Shown: in pieces, positions 9,800 to 18,792 of the stretch
Numbering within the stretch: position 1 is the stretch's first letter
Layout of the letters: every line of letters starts with the position of its first letter
Assembly: GCA_023263945.1 (NCBI GenBank)
Contig: JALQTW010000003.1
Coordinates: 45,202-109,201, forward strand
Direction: 5' to 3'
Origin: Patescibacteria group bacterium
Lineage (GTDB): Bacteria > Patescibacteriota > Gracilibacteria > Peribacterales > Peribacteraceae
DNA: 64,000 nt
Notes under the pieces: model-generated
What the model was told of the DNA's origin: nothing
Databases searched by the model: none
Seen by the model: the letters and a program-made list of their open reading frames with translations, nothing else
Position numbers and translations under genes: made by a program

Positions 9800-11254
9800 A
9801 TGGCAACTGACATCTTTCACAGCATCATAGGTCCACAGCAAACGATTAGGCTCAAATTTTTCTCCGGCACGACAGAAACGGGGTATGTGACGGTCGTCTT
9901 AACGATGCCCGATGGCACGAAATCGATCACACAGATCGGTATTCCAAAGCCACACTTCCCCAGTGAAGACCCGGAATCTCCCGCGGTCGCTGCATCAAAA
10001 GCTCCACCGAAGGATGAGGCGACATTAGTCTATGAATCTTTAACAAAACTGTATGGTCCGATTCATGTGGAGATGGGTACTCTATTTACGGAAGATGGTG
10101 CAGAATTGATGCCTATTGGCACTGCATCCACCGCGCTCGTTCAGCTGGTACAGGGAACAAATTACGTTATGAGCAATCCTGATTCGGGATTGGCGACGAC
10201 GATTCTTGCTTTGCATGATGCTGCTTTTGATGATGTGCATGTCATTGGAGGTGTGACTTGGCACGACGATGACACAACGGAGTTTGAGTGGAATGAAAAT
10301 CCTTACGACGGAGATGTCTATGCATTTCTTGAGCAACAGAAAAGTTTTATTCCGTTTGAATATGGGCCAGGAATAAATTATGAAGCAAATCTCCAAAGGG
10401 ATGCGGCAAACATGGCTTCAAGATTGGCATCACAATTATCTGATCCAGTAAGTGGTTATTCCTCAAGTTGGAAAAGAGCACTTTTTGATGGATACGATTT
10501 GGAGCATCCTGATGAAGTACTTGGAGTTATGTTGAATGATGCTCTCCATGGACCTCCGGGCGCAGTTGCACTCGCTTCATTAAGCACTCTTTTGGATGCT
10601 GTTGATCATATAGAAGAACAGGCAAAGCAGGATGTGCAGGCCAGAATGGATATGCTTTTGCAAAATCCGGCAACCTACTCTGCAGGATTCTCGTCCGCAA
10701 GAGCGGAATACCAAGGTCTTGTTTTGCTAAAAGCATTCCTCATTCTTGGCGATGGCATCACGGCTGATAACTCTTTCTGGGCGATTGTTGATTGGGCGGG
10801 CGCAGAAGGATTGCAATTTCTGAGTAAATTTATGAAGCCCGGCATGCGTTATGCATTAGAAGGTTTAGATCGTTATTTGCCCGGAGCAAAGGCACACGGC
10901 GAAACTGCGAGTAACTTTGTAAAAACAGTAGATGATTTTATACGAAAATTTGACGTGGATTTGACGAAGGGAGCTGCGGAAACAATGGATGCAGATATCA
11001 GTCTTGGATTACGCACAACAGGAAGAGCAGAACCACTTACTCTAAACGAAAAAATGGCTTATCAAGCAGTTATTGCGGATCCTCTAAATTCAAATGCAAC
11101 TGTTCTTAGGATTCAATTAAATGATCCACGTTGGCCGGCATCTCAGGGATGGGTAAAAATGGCGCAAAATATCAGGGGTATTGAAATTCATTACAATTAC
11201 AATACGATTACAGGTGCAATTGATGACATTAAGTTTATTTTTATCGATTTATGA
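9800..11254 (+). CDS. Orphan C-terminal toxin cassette, paralog of the last ~480 aa of 4758..9314
   Basis: Colinear protein similarity from IGPQQTI to DPRWP...IEIHY...DDIKF; lacks the N-terminal ~1050 aa. Confidence 0.75.
   Translation: MATDIFHSIIGPQQTIRLKFFSGTTETGYVTVVLTMPDGTKSITQIGIPKPHFPSEDPESPAVAASKAPPKDEATLVYESLTKLYGPIHVEMGTLFTEDGAELMPIGTASTALVQLVQGTNYVMSNPDSGLATTILALHDAAFDDVHVIGGVTWHDDDTTEFEWNENPYDGDVYAFLEQQKSFIPFEYGPGINYEANLQRDAANMASRLASQLSDPVSGYSSSWKRALFDGYDLEHPDEVLGVMLNDALHGPPGAVALASLSTLLDAVDHIEEQAKQDVQARMDMLLQNPATYSAGFSSARAEYQGLVLLKAFLILGDGITADNSFWAIVDWAGAEGLQFLSKFMKPGMRYALEGLDRYLPGAKAHGETASNFVKTVDDFIRKFDVDLTKGAAETMDADISLGLRTTGRAEPLTLNEKMAYQAVIADPLNSNATVLRIQLNDPRWPASQGWVKMAQNIRGIEIHYNYNTITGAIDDIKFIFIDL
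9941..10023 (+). repeat. 83-bp near-identical direct repeat, copy 2
   Basis: Matches 8016..8098. Confidence 0.9.
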
Positions 11255-11685
11255 AAGTGAGATACATTCACAATAATACTGACGTATTACCGGCGACATT
11301 GAAATCATTTATTCATGAAAAACAGAAGGGATATCCCCTTACTCCAAATAAAGAATATGTCGTTTGTGCGATAAATATATGGAAAGGAATATTGCAGTAT
11401 TTAGTAACGGAACAAAGTGAAAAAGGTAATGATTTCCCAGTTTGGGTTCCAACAATTCTTTTTGAGATTACAGATCCACGCTGTCCTCATATATGGTCTT
11501 TTGCTCATTATCCCGAAAATCGTGACAAAGGACTTGAAGCAATTTTGGGATATCCTGAGTTAGTAGATTTAAGAAATGGACACTACGACGGAGTGCTTCT
11601 AGGAGACCAAGAAGCACGCAAGTTATTTCATATTCGAAGAATAGAAATAGAAAAAAGTGTTCCTGGTGAATGGGTACAATTATAG
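11251..11685 (+). CDS. Putative immunity protein 2
   Basis: ATGA overlap with the orphan cassette; paralog of 9317..9724. Confidence 0.65.
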   Translation: MKVRYIHNNTDVLPATLKSFIHEKQKGYPLTPNKEYVVCAINIWKGILQYLVTEQSEKGNDFPVWVPTILFEITDPRCPHIWSFAHYPENRDKGLEAILGYPELVDLRNGHYDGVLLGDQEARKLFHIRRIEIEKSVPGEWVQL

Positions 11686-11708
11686 ATTAACTAATTCCTC
11701 TAACTTCT

Positions 11709-12587
11709 ATGTCTTCCATTCAACTTCAAATCCGTGACAATTCCAGAAAAACATTCCTTGCAATGGCATTTTTAACAACGCTTATTGGAATTTTAGGATC
11801 TGCTCTCTCTTACATTTTTCAGTGGGGCCTTACTGGTACAGGATGGTTTCTTATAATTGCAGGCTGTATTGATTTCATAGCATTCTTTTTCTCAGACAGA
11901 ATTGTCTTAAAAGCATCAGGAGCTAAACAATTAGAGAAAAATCAGGCACCTGAATTATTTTTAATTATTGAAAAATTATGCATGCAAGAAAATTTACCTT
12001 TACCAAAATTATATTTAATCAATGATACATCTATGAACGCATTCGCGACAGGGCGAAATACAAAGCATGCTGCTATCGCTGTTACAAGAGGTATTGTAGA
12101 AAAATTATCTGAAGATGAGTTAACAGGGGTAATCGCGCATGAACTCAGTCATATTCAGAATAATGACATACGCACTATGGCAATTATTACAGTCTTAGTT
12201 GGTGGAATTAGTCTAATCGCAGATATGTTTTGGTATTCATCATTTGCAACTAAATCACAGGAAAAAGATCGTTCCGGAATGATAGCCTGGATTGGTGTTG
12301 GACTTGCTATTTTTGCCCCCCTCACGGCAATGTTGATTCAGCTTTTTATTTCACGCAAAAGGGAACTTATTGCAGATGCTACAGCAGCGCACATGACACA
12401 AAAACCAAAGGCTCTTGCATCTGCTCTCCAAAAAATAAGCATGAATGTAATTATGCCAACTCATACTAGCCGTGCTACCGCTCATCTCTATTTTTCTTCA
12501 CCCTCTCGTGGAGAAGCACTTCTCGATAAACTTTTTTCAACACATCCACCCATTGAAGAGAGAATCAATCTTCTGATGAATATGTAA
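11709..12587 (+). CDS. htpX: M48 zinc metalloprotease HtpX
   Basis: NAFATG, AVTRG, HELSH zinc motif, SRKRELIADA, FSTHPPIEERI. Confidence 0.92.
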   Translation: MSSIQLQIRDNSRKTFLAMAFLTTLIGILGSALSYIFQWGLTGTGWFLIIAGCIDFIAFFFSDRIVLKASGAKQLEKNQAPELFLIIEKLCMQENLPLPKLYLINDTSMNAFATGRNTKHAAIAVTRGIVEKLSEDELTGVIAHELSHIQNNDIRTMAIITVLVGGISLIADMFWYSSFATKSQEKDRSGMIAWIGVGLAIFAPLTAMLIQLFISRKRELIADATAAHMTQKPKALASALQKISMNVIMPTHTSRATAHLYFSSPSRGEALLDKLFSTHPPIEERINLLMNM

Positions 12588-12615
12588 TATTCATTTATTT
12601 CCTCATTCCTTTATT

Positions 12616-13242
12616 ATGAAAAAACAAGAAAAAGAAAATGATAAAATCATTATTGGATCTAGTGTTCACAAAAGTGTTGTTTGTGAACAATGCAAAAAAG
12701 AAGGTAAGGCAGATACCTTTTTCTCATATCAAAAAAAAGATAAAACGGAAATGTATTTGTGTTCAGAATGTCGCGATAAAATGAATGCAGCATTTAAGGA
12801 AGAAACAAAAAATCCAAATTACCTACGTGCAATTGCAGGAGGTGTAATAGCCGGAATCATAGGAGGTCTCCTTTGGTATTTTATTGCAGTTCTAACAAAC
12901 CGTGAGTTTGGGTATGTAGCAATTGCACTTGGATTCCTAGTAGGAATGGGCGTGATAGTAGGATCAGGTGGTAAGCGTGGTCATATGCTACAAATGATTG
13001 CATTACTACTTACATTATTTGTTATTTTCGTCGCTGAGTACGGGATCTTCAGACATACCTTAAACATTTATATACAAGAACATGCATCGGAATTGAATGA
13101 CATCGATCCTAATATGATTCGTGATGCATTGGGAGTATTGAACCCTATCTTTCTTAAGTCTCTTATTTCCCCTATCGGTCTTGTGATTTACGCAATTGGT
13201 GCATACTGCGCATATTCAATTCCAAAACCCAGAAAAATATAA
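12616..13242 (+). CDS. Membrane protein with N-terminal CxxC...CxxC zinc finger
   Basis: CEQC and CSEC followed by several glycine-rich TM helices. Confidence 0.6.
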   Translation: MKKQEKENDKIIIGSSVHKSVVCEQCKKEGKADTFFSYQKKDKTEMYLCSECRDKMNAAFKEETKNPNYLRAIAGGVIAGIIGGLLWYFIAVLTNREFGYVAIALGFLVGMGVIVGSGGKRGHMLQMIALLLTLFVIFVAEYGIFRHTLNIYIQEHASELNDIDPNMIRDALGVLNPIFLKSLISPIGLVIYAIGAYCAYSIPKPRKI

Positions 13243-13270
13243 TATGTCACTCTGATAAATTGTAATCCCT

Positions 13271-14275
13271 TTACTTCTCCCCCTCCACTAACCCTGCCGT
13301 CTGAAGTCTCTTTAAGTCCTTCTCAAAGCTGATCATTCCTTCCTCTGCACTCGTCTGGAGCACGCTTGGAAGCTCTGCAAGGCGCTGTTCACGAATGATA
13401 TTTGCAACTGCTGGGTTCTTAATAAGAATTTCACGGTTTGCAATAAGGCCGCCGCCAATCTTGGGTACCAGACGCTGTGCAATGACCGCACGGAGTGAGA
13501 GGGATAGCTGATAGCGTACTTGGGACTGCTGGTGAGCAGGGAAGACGTCAATAATGCGGTCTACCGTCTGCATGGTGTTCGGCGTGTGAAGCGTTGCAAG
13601 AACCAGGTGACCTGTTTCTGCAAGGCTGAGAGCAAGAGCGATGGTATCCAGATCACGCATTTCCCCCACCATCACGACATCTGGATCCTGGCGGAGAAGG
13701 TGCTTCATCCCTTCCGGGAAACTTTGGAAGTCTGTTCCCAGTTCGCGCTGACGAATGAGGGAATTCTTGGATTTAAACGTGAATTCAATAGGATCCTCCA
13801 GCGTGATGATGTTGAGTGGTGCTTCCTCGTTGAACTGATTGATGATGGCTGCAAGAGAGGTAGACTTTCCGCTTCCTGTAGGACCTGTGAAGAGTACAAG
13901 ACCATCGCGGCTTCGGCAAATGTCCATCACCACTGTTGGGAGTTGTACTTCTTCGATGGTGGGAGGCACGGGTGGAATGAGACGTGCCGCAAGAGCGGGC
14001 TTGCCCATGGCAAGGTGCACATTCACGCGGAAGCGTGTGCCATCGGGCAGGGCATATGCACAATCAATGTCCCCCACTTTCTTAAAGGTCTCATATTCCT
14101 GCTCATTCAAAAATTCACGAATGTACTGTTCTACCGTTTGCGCGGAAAGAATTTCTCCCACAGGAGTCATGACTCCATCGAGGCGAAGCATGGGAACATT
14201 CTCAGACACAAGGTGAATATCGGAGGCGTTCTCTTTCAGGGCCATGGCCCAGTAAGGATTCGTGATTTCAGGCAT
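13271..14275 (-). CDS. pilT: Type IV pilus retraction ATPase PilT
   Basis: ASDIHL, GPTGSGKST, LEDPIE, LRQDPDVVMVGEMRD, ETGHLVLATLH. Start placed at the ATG 6 nt after TATACT. Confidence 0.92.
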   Translation of the reverse strand: MPEITNPYWAMALKENASDIHLVSENVPMLRLDGVMTPVGEILSAQTVEQYIREFLNEQEYETFKKVGDIDCAYALPDGTRFRVNVHLAMGKPALAARLIPPVPPTIEEVQLPTVVMDICRSRDGLVLFTGPTGSGKSTSLAAIINQFNEEAPLNIITLEDPIEFTFKSKNSLIRQRELGTDFQSFPEGMKHLLRQDPDVVMVGEMRDLDTIALALSLAETGHLVLATLHTPNTMQTVDRIIDVFPAHQQSQVRYQLSLSLRAVIAQRLVPKIGGGLIANREILIKNPAVANIIREQRLAELPSVLQTSAEEGMISFEKDLKRLQTAGLVEGEK

Positions 14276-14469
14276 CGAATAAGTATAGCACAAGTAGCAC
14301 GTTTTGTCATTGCTTTTCTGGAGGCAAAAAAGAGGGTAGTGACTAGAGGGTAGTGGCTAGAAAAGCAAAAGAAATGCCTCATCTCTCCTCACTACTCACT
14401 CATCACTTCTCATCCCTGCTTTCCACCTCTGGTTACTTTCCTTTGTCCAAGGCAGAATCCTCTGCACCT

Positions 14470-15591
14470 ATGCTCGATGCCCTAGGCCTCTCTCTCTCCC
14501 TGGCTCTCACCCTTGTAGGCTACCCAGCGAAACCGGCGCCAGTGGTGACCGATCTCGCCCGGCAAACACAGAGTGTGATGGATGCATCGGAGGAATCCAC
14601 CACGATGCACATTGGTTCCACGGACCCCGCGCATCACATGATTGGGGTGTATATGAATGCACCACGCACAGGTGATACAGTTTTTTTAAAGTCGACGATT
14701 GCAGACCTGAAAGACGCCGGTGGATCCGCGATTGCCTTTGATGTGAAAGGACCGTATGTCTATTTCGATACCAAGTCCCGTCTTGCGCTGGATATGGAAC
14801 TGAAAGAAGAACACTACAAACTTGCCGATGTGATGAAGATTCTGAAGGATGCCAACGTGTACGCCATAGCACGGTATGTGGCCATTAAAGATGAAGGACT
14901 AACAGACAGAATTCCATACGTGCAGACGGAAGACGAAGAAGGAAATACGGTGGGAAAAGGATGGATTGATCCTATGGATCCCACCGCCCGCAAGTACAAC
15001 ATGCAACTTCTCTGTGAAGTAGCCAAGAGCGGGGTGGATGAAATCAATTTAGATTACATTCGTTTCACAACGGCGGATGTGCATGGGCTCCGGATTCTCA
15101 CGGGGGATGAGAAGGCAGATAGGGTAGAAGATTTTTTGAAGGATGCTCGTACCACCGTGAAACGGTGTGGGAAGGATGTGAAGTTAGGTGCCAGTACGTA
15201 TGCCATCCTGGGTTGGGATTACGACATCAATAACGAAAACCTGGGTCAGGATGTGAAGAGATTTGCCCCTCTTCTGGATGTGATTTCTCCCATGGCCTAC
15301 CCAGATACGTTCTCTGCAAGTTTCTATAACGCAAAGACAGAAGAGAAGAGCCGTATGTACACGCTGGTGCATACAACGCTGACGGGCTATCAAGAATTCC
15401 TGGGTCCGCAGGCATGGAAATTACGCCCCTGGATTCAGGGATATCGAGCGGATGTACAGGCATTTCAGGATCAAATGGACGCCGTAGGGGATGCGGGTAT
15501 TTGCGGCTTCACCATTTGGAACGCCAACAGCAATTATGAGACGTTCTATGAGGCCCTGAAGACGTGGAAGAAGCCAGAAGGATGCACGTAA
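14470..15591 (+). CDS. Putative glycoside hydrolase (DUF4015-like TIM barrel), exported
   Basis: AFDVK, WIDP, GVDEINLDYIRF, LGQD, DVISPMAYP, LRPWIQ, WNA; hydrophobic N-terminus. Confidence 0.7.
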   Translation: MLDALGLSLSLALTLVGYPAKPAPVVTDLARQTQSVMDASEESTTMHIGSTDPAHHMIGVYMNAPRTGDTVFLKSTIADLKDAGGSAIAFDVKGPYVYFDTKSRLALDMELKEEHYKLADVMKILKDANVYAIARYVAIKDEGLTDRIPYVQTEDEEGNTVGKGWIDPMDPTARKYNMQLLCEVAKSGVDEINLDYIRFTTADVHGLRILTGDEKADRVEDFLKDARTTVKRCGKDVKLGASTYAILGWDYDINNENLGQDVKRFAPLLDVISPMAYPDTFSASFYNAKTEEKSRMYTLVHTTLTGYQEFLGPQAWKLRPWIQGYRADVQAFQDQMDAVGDAGICGFTIWNANSNYETFYEALKTWKKPEGCT

Positions 15592-15598
15592 GGGGAAA

Positions 15599-15626
15599 TT
15601 GACACGTCTGTCAGAGGATCTACAAT
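15599..15626 (+). promoter_or_regulatory. Sigma70-like promoter
   Basis: TTGACA-16 nt-TACAAT upstream of ORF 15649. Confidence 0.6.
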
Positions 15627-15648
15627 ACCTCCCCTTTCCTCATCCACT

Positions 15649-16038
15649 ATGACACAAGAAAAGCCTTGCTCTGAGGAGCGTTCTCACTTCCCTTCCGGAT
15701 TAACAGAGAGATCTGGCAGTCCGGAGCCGACGCAAGTATTAGATGATATTGAAAAAGCGTTGAGAGCTTTTGATTACGAAGGTGCTGTGAAGATTGCCGC
15801 AACACAAAACATGGGAATGAAAGCTCAGATACGAGCGATAGCAGATCTCCACAGGATAGAAGCGATCAACGCACATCGTGATGGCAATGAAGAAGTGATG
15901 GCATTGGCAATAACACGTAGACGTTTGGCACTCGCTGCCATAGGACTTCCCTGCGAGGATGATCCTATTGCAGAATATCAGGAACGCTTACAAAAGAATG
16001 GCCACTCACCATTGCCCTTGTACGAGGGGAAGAAATAG
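15649..16038 (+). CDS. Hypothetical protein
   Basis: 129-aa ORF with own promoter and pyrimidine-rich leader. Confidence 0.6.
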   Translation: MTQEKPCSEERSHFPSGLTERSGSPEPTQVLDDIEKALRAFDYEGAVKIAATQNMGMKAQIRAIADLHRIEAINAHRDGNEEVMALAITRRRLALAAIGLPCEDDPIAEYQERLQKNGHSPLPLYEGKK

Positions 16039-16097
16039 AGATTCTTTGAAAGAAAAGAGGATCCCTCTATACTCTCGTTCCGATCCTTCTTTGATGT

Positions 16098-16188
16098 GCC
16101 GCCTTCGCTTCCGCCTACGCCCTTCGGGCTACGGACGGACAGGCAGTGGTACCCGCCCGAACGTACCGTTCGGTACGGGCGGGGAGCA
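16098..16188 (+). pseudogene. Degenerate tRNA-Thr 5' fragment interrupted by two palindromic elements
   Basis: gccgccttcgctt[34-nt hairpin element]agtggta[32-nt hairpin element]gagca versus tRNA gccgccttagctcagtggtagagca. Confidence 0.6.
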
Positions 16189-16202
16189 CCTTCAAATCAT
16201 CA

Positions 16203-16277
16203 GCCGCCTTAGCTCAGTGGTAGAGCAACGGTATCGTAAACCGTGGGTCCCGGGTTCGAATCCCGGAGGCGGCTCCA
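16203..16277 (+). tRNA. tRNA-Thr(CGT)
   Basis: Acceptor gccgcc/ggcggc, D arm agctcagtggtagagc, anticodon stem acggt/accgt with loop atCGTaa, ggttcgaatcc, encoded CCA. Confidence 0.95.
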
Positions 16278-16284
16278 TCTAAAA

Positions 16285-17460
16285 CTAATATCCATATATG
16301 GCGATAGAGTCATCTGCCTGCTTTTTCACTAACCAGACCTGGGAAAACGCATTCTGAAGAATAGGCTGCCCGTCTTCATACGCCTGCCAACGTGTACCAT
16401 CGTAATTGCGCATATACACTTTTCCGTTCGATGCGAAGAAAGGACCATTGTAATCAACTGGGAAAAATTTGAATGCTTTACCAATCATCTTCAGATTCTT
16501 AAAAAGGTAAAAATCATTTTTTGTACCCTTTTTTAGAACACGGACTGCCGGCTGGCTGTTTTTAAAAATAATTGCACCTTCAAGATTCCCGACAGTTGAT
16601 GGAAAGAGATTTTTCTTATTTTGCGCTTTATAAAACGAAATAATAATTTTATTGGGATCTGTGTTATTGATGTAGGAAGCATGCCATACAACCCCATTAT
16701 CATCTTCAAAAATAGATGCTCCTATTCCTTTTCCTGTAAAGAACTTTCTCTTATCTTTATAAATACTGTACTTATCATCATTATAGGTAAAGTAATAAAC
16801 ATCACCTTCTTTCGTAAGGAGAAAATTTGTTGGATTATCAATCTTTTGATCTGCTAATTTCTTTCCATCCCGATAGATGGCATATTTTTCAAAAGACTCT
16901 TCTGTAGCATAGGCAATATGTTCGCCATTTTTTCTTAGATAGAGAATGCGCACAACATTGTGTTTATAGAGAACGTCTCTCTTTTTTGTGGAAGGTTTGT
17001 AACCTTCAATAGAACTTCCATTAATATAATAGAAAACTCCTTTTTCATAAGCAGCATTTGTCACACCCATCTCTAAAACGGTGCTGTTGTTTACAAGCAA
17101 CGTATCATCCAAATAAAGAGAAGTGCAATTCGGTGTATAGACAAGATGCCCATCATCTGTCATCCAAAAAAAGTATGCCTGCTGCGAGCACTTACTACTC
17201 ATTCCTGAGTAAACCTTTTCTCCATCTCTGTATATTGCTGTAGATTGTCCATTATCAAATAAAAATCCGTGGTGATCCCCCGTTGGGGTTGCGGTAAATC
17301 CAACAAGATTCGCTGAAGGCTCTTTAATCTGTAAAGAGAAGAGTAATTCATTCACATCGAATGTAACAATCTGCGGATTTCTTGTTTCCCTTGCAAAAGT
17401 GGATACAGGGATAAGTGTCCACACAAGAAGAGAAGCAACTACAGTACGTTGAAAATTCAT
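16285..17460 (-). CDS. Secreted hypothetical protein, beta-rich, AT-rich gene
   Basis: Signal-peptide-like MNFQRTVVASLLVWTLIPVSTFA; repeated IYRDG/IYKD-like words. Confidence 0.65.
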   Translation of the reverse strand: MNFQRTVVASLLVWTLIPVSTFARETRNPQIVTFDVNELLFSLQIKEPSANLVGFTATPTGDHHGFLFDNGQSTAIYRDGEKVYSGMSSKCSQQAYFFWMTDDGHLVYTPNCTSLYLDDTLLVNNSTVLEMGVTNAAYEKGVFYYINGSSIEGYKPSTKKRDVLYKHNVVRILYLRKNGEHIAYATEESFEKYAIYRDGKKLADQKIDNPTNFLLTKEGDVYYFTYNDDKYSIYKDKRKFFTGKGIGASIFEDDNGVVWHASYINNTDPNKIIISFYKAQNKKNLFPSTVGNLEGAIIFKNSQPAVRVLKKGTKNDFYLFKNLKMIGKAFKFFPVDYNGPFFASNGKVYMRNYDGTRWQAYEDGQPILQNAFSQVWLVKKQADDSIAIYGY

Positions 17461-17565
17461 GATGGATAGGGTATCACGTATATACGAATACCACATCACC
17501 ATCTCACACTTTCCGCCATCTCATCTCGATGGCTTCTTTCAGGGCTCCCTCTATTATTCCCCACC

Positions 17566-18651
17566 ATGCAACGAAGCACACTCCTCACCTTCTCCTGGCT
17601 CAATATTCTCTCAAAAGAGAGATACAACGCACTGTGCACGCACTTTGGGTCGCTCGATAAAGCACTGAGCGAACTTGATGAAGCAGTGCTGAAAGAACTG
17701 GGATGCAGGAATGATACGATTTTAAGAACGTTGAATCGCTTGGAAGAGTTTGATCCCGCTGCATATGAGAAAGAACTGACGAAACGAGGACTCGCTGTTT
17801 TGAGCCTTGAAGATGAACAGTACCCACGTGCTCTCAGGCACATTGGAGATCCTCCTGTTTTTCTGATGTACAGAGGTGATCTCTCGCTCACGGAACAACC
17901 ATGCCTTGCAATCGTCGGCACACGGGAAATGAGCTCTTATGGAAAACGCGTCACACAGACGATGGTGCCGGATGTTGTACGTGCAGGGATGATCACCGTG
18001 AGCGGGCTTGCGTATGGAATTGATCGTGAAGTCGCCGAAGAAACACTGCATGCGGAAGGAAAAACAATTGCGGTTCTTGGTCACGGGCTCGCCATGATTC
18101 ACCCCAGACAACATGCACAACTTGCTGAAGACATTGTGGAGCAGGGGGGATTACTCCTCTCTGAATATGCCTTGGATGAACAACCAAACCAGTACACATT
18201 TCCCGCTCGAAACAGAATTATTGCAGGGCTTTCTCTTGCGACGGTTGTGATTGAGGCAGGAAAGCAGAGTGGCTCCCTCATTACAGCAGATCTTGCGCTG
18301 GAATATGGCCGCGACGTGTTTGCTGTTCCGGGAGATATTTTTGATCCCACGTTCGAAGGTTCTCACGCACTCATTGCAGGAAGTCGCGCGAAATTGGTGA
18401 CTTCCGCACAGGATATTCTGCGGGAACTTGGAGTCGTTGCACCGGAAACACGAACAAAGGATCCCGATGCAGCGTTCGATTCCATGGAAGAAGAGCTGCT
18501 CTATCACGCACTCACAACCATGCCCCAGTCACCGGATGATTTGAGCACAAAGATCAAACTGGACGCTGCCATCATGAGTGCGACGCTCACAGTTTTGGAA
18601 CTGAAGGGTCTAGTGAAAAACGTGGGAGGAGGGAGGTGGGTAAAAAATTAG
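17566..18651 (+). CDS. dprA: DNA processing protein DprA
   Basis: YPRALRHIGDPP, AIVGTR, VSGLAYGID, FPARNRIIAGLS, SGSLITA, GRDVFAVPG, C-terminal wHTH. Confidence 0.95.
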   Translation: MQRSTLLTFSWLNILSKERYNALCTHFGSLDKALSELDEAVLKELGCRNDTILRTLNRLEEFDPAAYEKELTKRGLAVLSLEDEQYPRALRHIGDPPVFLMYRGDLSLTEQPCLAIVGTREMSSYGKRVTQTMVPDVVRAGMITVSGLAYGIDREVAEETLHAEGKTIAVLGHGLAMIHPRQHAQLAEDIVEQGGLLLSEYALDEQPNQYTFPARNRIIAGLSLATVVIEAGKQSGSLITADLALEYGRDVFAVPGDIFDPTFEGSHALIAGSRAKLVTSAQDILRELGVVAPETRTKDPDAAFDSMEEELLYHALTTMPQSPDDLSTKIKLDAAIMSATLTVLELKGLVKNVGGGRWVKN

Positions 18652-18732
18652 TTGATTGGTTGATTAGTTGATTGGTTCATGCGCCGAGTCAACGAGTCAA
18701 CGAAGCAACCAGTCAACAAATCAACCGTTCAA
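18648..18732. repeat. Short 7-8-mer tandem repeats in inverted arrangement
   Basis: ttagttgattggttgattagttgattggtt followed by gtcaacgagtcaacg...gtcaacaaatcaacc. Confidence 0.7.
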
Positions 18733-18792
18733 CCTTTCTATCCTTTCCCTCCTCTTTTCTGTACTATATCTTCATTTCCTCCTCCCCTTCCT

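Noticed and set aside
7900-11254. Diversity-generating retroelement (TR/VR pair)
   Set aside because: Differences between the copies are not adenine-specific, both copies are long coding regions, and there is no reverse transcriptase in the window.
16098-16277. Intron-containing or split tRNA
   Set aside because: The upstream copy has only the 5' 25 nt with no anticodon or T arm of its own, and the downstream tRNA is already complete.
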